From the NCBI GenBank assembly GCA_958009085.1, contig OY253670.1:124001-188000 (forward strand): a stretch of DNA of 64,000 nt, given 5' to 3'. Below, in pieces: positions 62,928-64,000 of the stretch. The notes under the pieces are model-generated. The model saw only the letters and a program-made list of their open reading frames with translations. It was not told the DNA's origin and did no database searches. The first letter of the stretch is position 1. Each line of letters starts with the position of its first letter. A program made the position numbers and the translations under genes. The DNA comes from Protoeuglena noctilucae (lineage: Eukaryota).

Positions 62928-64000
62928 ATGGTGCCGGCGGCCGCCCCCAGGCCGGCTCGCGTCGATACGTACGACGCCGCCGACCCGTTGGAAGACGTAG
63001 AGGACGAACGGCTCCTCGGAGATGCCATGGGCGGTGAGGTTGCGAAAGAGGGCGTGCATGCAGTGGCGCCTCTGAGCAAACAGCGACCCCTGCGCCTCAG
63101 CCGCCGCGTCTGCAGACGGGCGCGCGCGTGACTTCGCGTCCCTGGATGGCAAGAAGTTTGCGCCGATTCCCGCCGACGCCAAGGGCCTGCCTTCGGTGCC
63201 GGAGCTCCCCGTGCTATCGACCGAAGACGAGGACAAGCTCTTTGCCAAGATATCCTGGCGGATCCTCCCTGTGCACTTCACGCTCGCCATGTGCTGCTTC
63301 ATCGACCGCACCAACCTGAGCTACGGCGCGCTGCAGCTCAACGAGGACCTCGGCTTTGGCCCAGAGGTCTACGGGCTGGGTGCTGGCATCTTCTTCATCT
63401 CATACACCGGTGCGCTACTACCGGTGGCTACGAGGGCGTGCGTGATCCACTGCTGTGAGCCACGTGCACGCACGGCCCCTCGCCTCTCTCTCCCTGCAGC
63501 CTTTCAAATCCCGTCCGACATGGTCATCGGCCGTGTCGGTGCCCCGCTGTGGCTGGCGCTCATCCTGTTTGTCTGGGGGGGGCTGGCTGCATGCATGGCC
63601 GGCATCCGGAGCCAGTCGGGCTTTTTCGTGCTGCGGCTCTTTCTCGGGTGAGCGCAGGGCCGTGAGCAAACCCAGCATGTCAGGGCAGGCGCAAGCACCA
63701 CACTGAGCATTGCCCTTTGCGCACCGCCACGCAGGGCCGCGGAGGCGGGGACGTTCCCGGGCATCTGGCACCACCTGGCGATGTTCTACTCTCCACGCAC
63801 GGTCGGCGAGGCCTACACGCGCGTCGCGACGGTCACGGCCTTCTCCTCGGTCGTTGGCGGCCCCTTAGCGGCCCTGCTGATGCAGCTGGACGGCGCCTGG
63901 GGCCTGCGGTGAGTGCCCTGCCTCTTGCAAGGAAGGGGTTGTGCGGCAGGGGGCGCAGCAAGGCGCTTCGCTCTGCCCATTCTGGCTAGCACCTAGGACA
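62928..64000 (+). CDS. MFS transporter, anion:cation symporter (ACS) family; 3' part outside window
   Basis: KISWRILP..CFIDRTNLSYGALQLNEDLGF..YGLGAGIFFISY..FQIPS..RVGA..FFVLRLFLGAAEAGTFPG. Confidence 0.9.

Noticed and set aside
1..64000. Introner-like repeated introns, transposons, CRISPR arrays, tRNA/rRNA genes
   Set aside because: I saw no shared sequence among introns, no transposase/RT motifs, no repeat-spacer arrays and no cloverleaf or rRNA signatures by eye. An all-vs-all intron alignment and a covariance-model scan would be needed to exclude them.

Overview
This is a gene-dense, very GC-rich eukaryotic nuclear window. It is most likely a flagellate green alga (chlorophyte): it carries plastid-type genes (ClpF, serine acetyltransferase) and basal-body genes (epsilon-tubulin, a CEP164-like WW protein). 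I rebuilt about 26 multi-exon protein-coding genes by hand, mostly with short introns of about 90-250 nt. Most long ORFs in the supplied track are antisense shadows or exon+intron read-throughs. I saw no rRNA, tRNA, CRISPR array or recognisable transposon. Main observations: (1) a very high proportion of GC-AG introns with an AG|GCRAG donor; (2) an in-frame TAG at a conserved Gln position of an RBP45/47-type RRM gene, in a window where 19 of 22 inferred stops are TGA; (3) an RLK/Pelle-like pseudokinase with C-terminal hydrophobic segments; (4) an intron-containing gene for a bacterial DUF2322-like protein; (5) a small, probably lipid-anchored PP1-docking protein; (6) a tandem repeat that triplicates a splice donor. 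All gene models and family calls come from reading the sequence and recalled family motifs, not from database searches. Start codons and some terminal exons are approximate.
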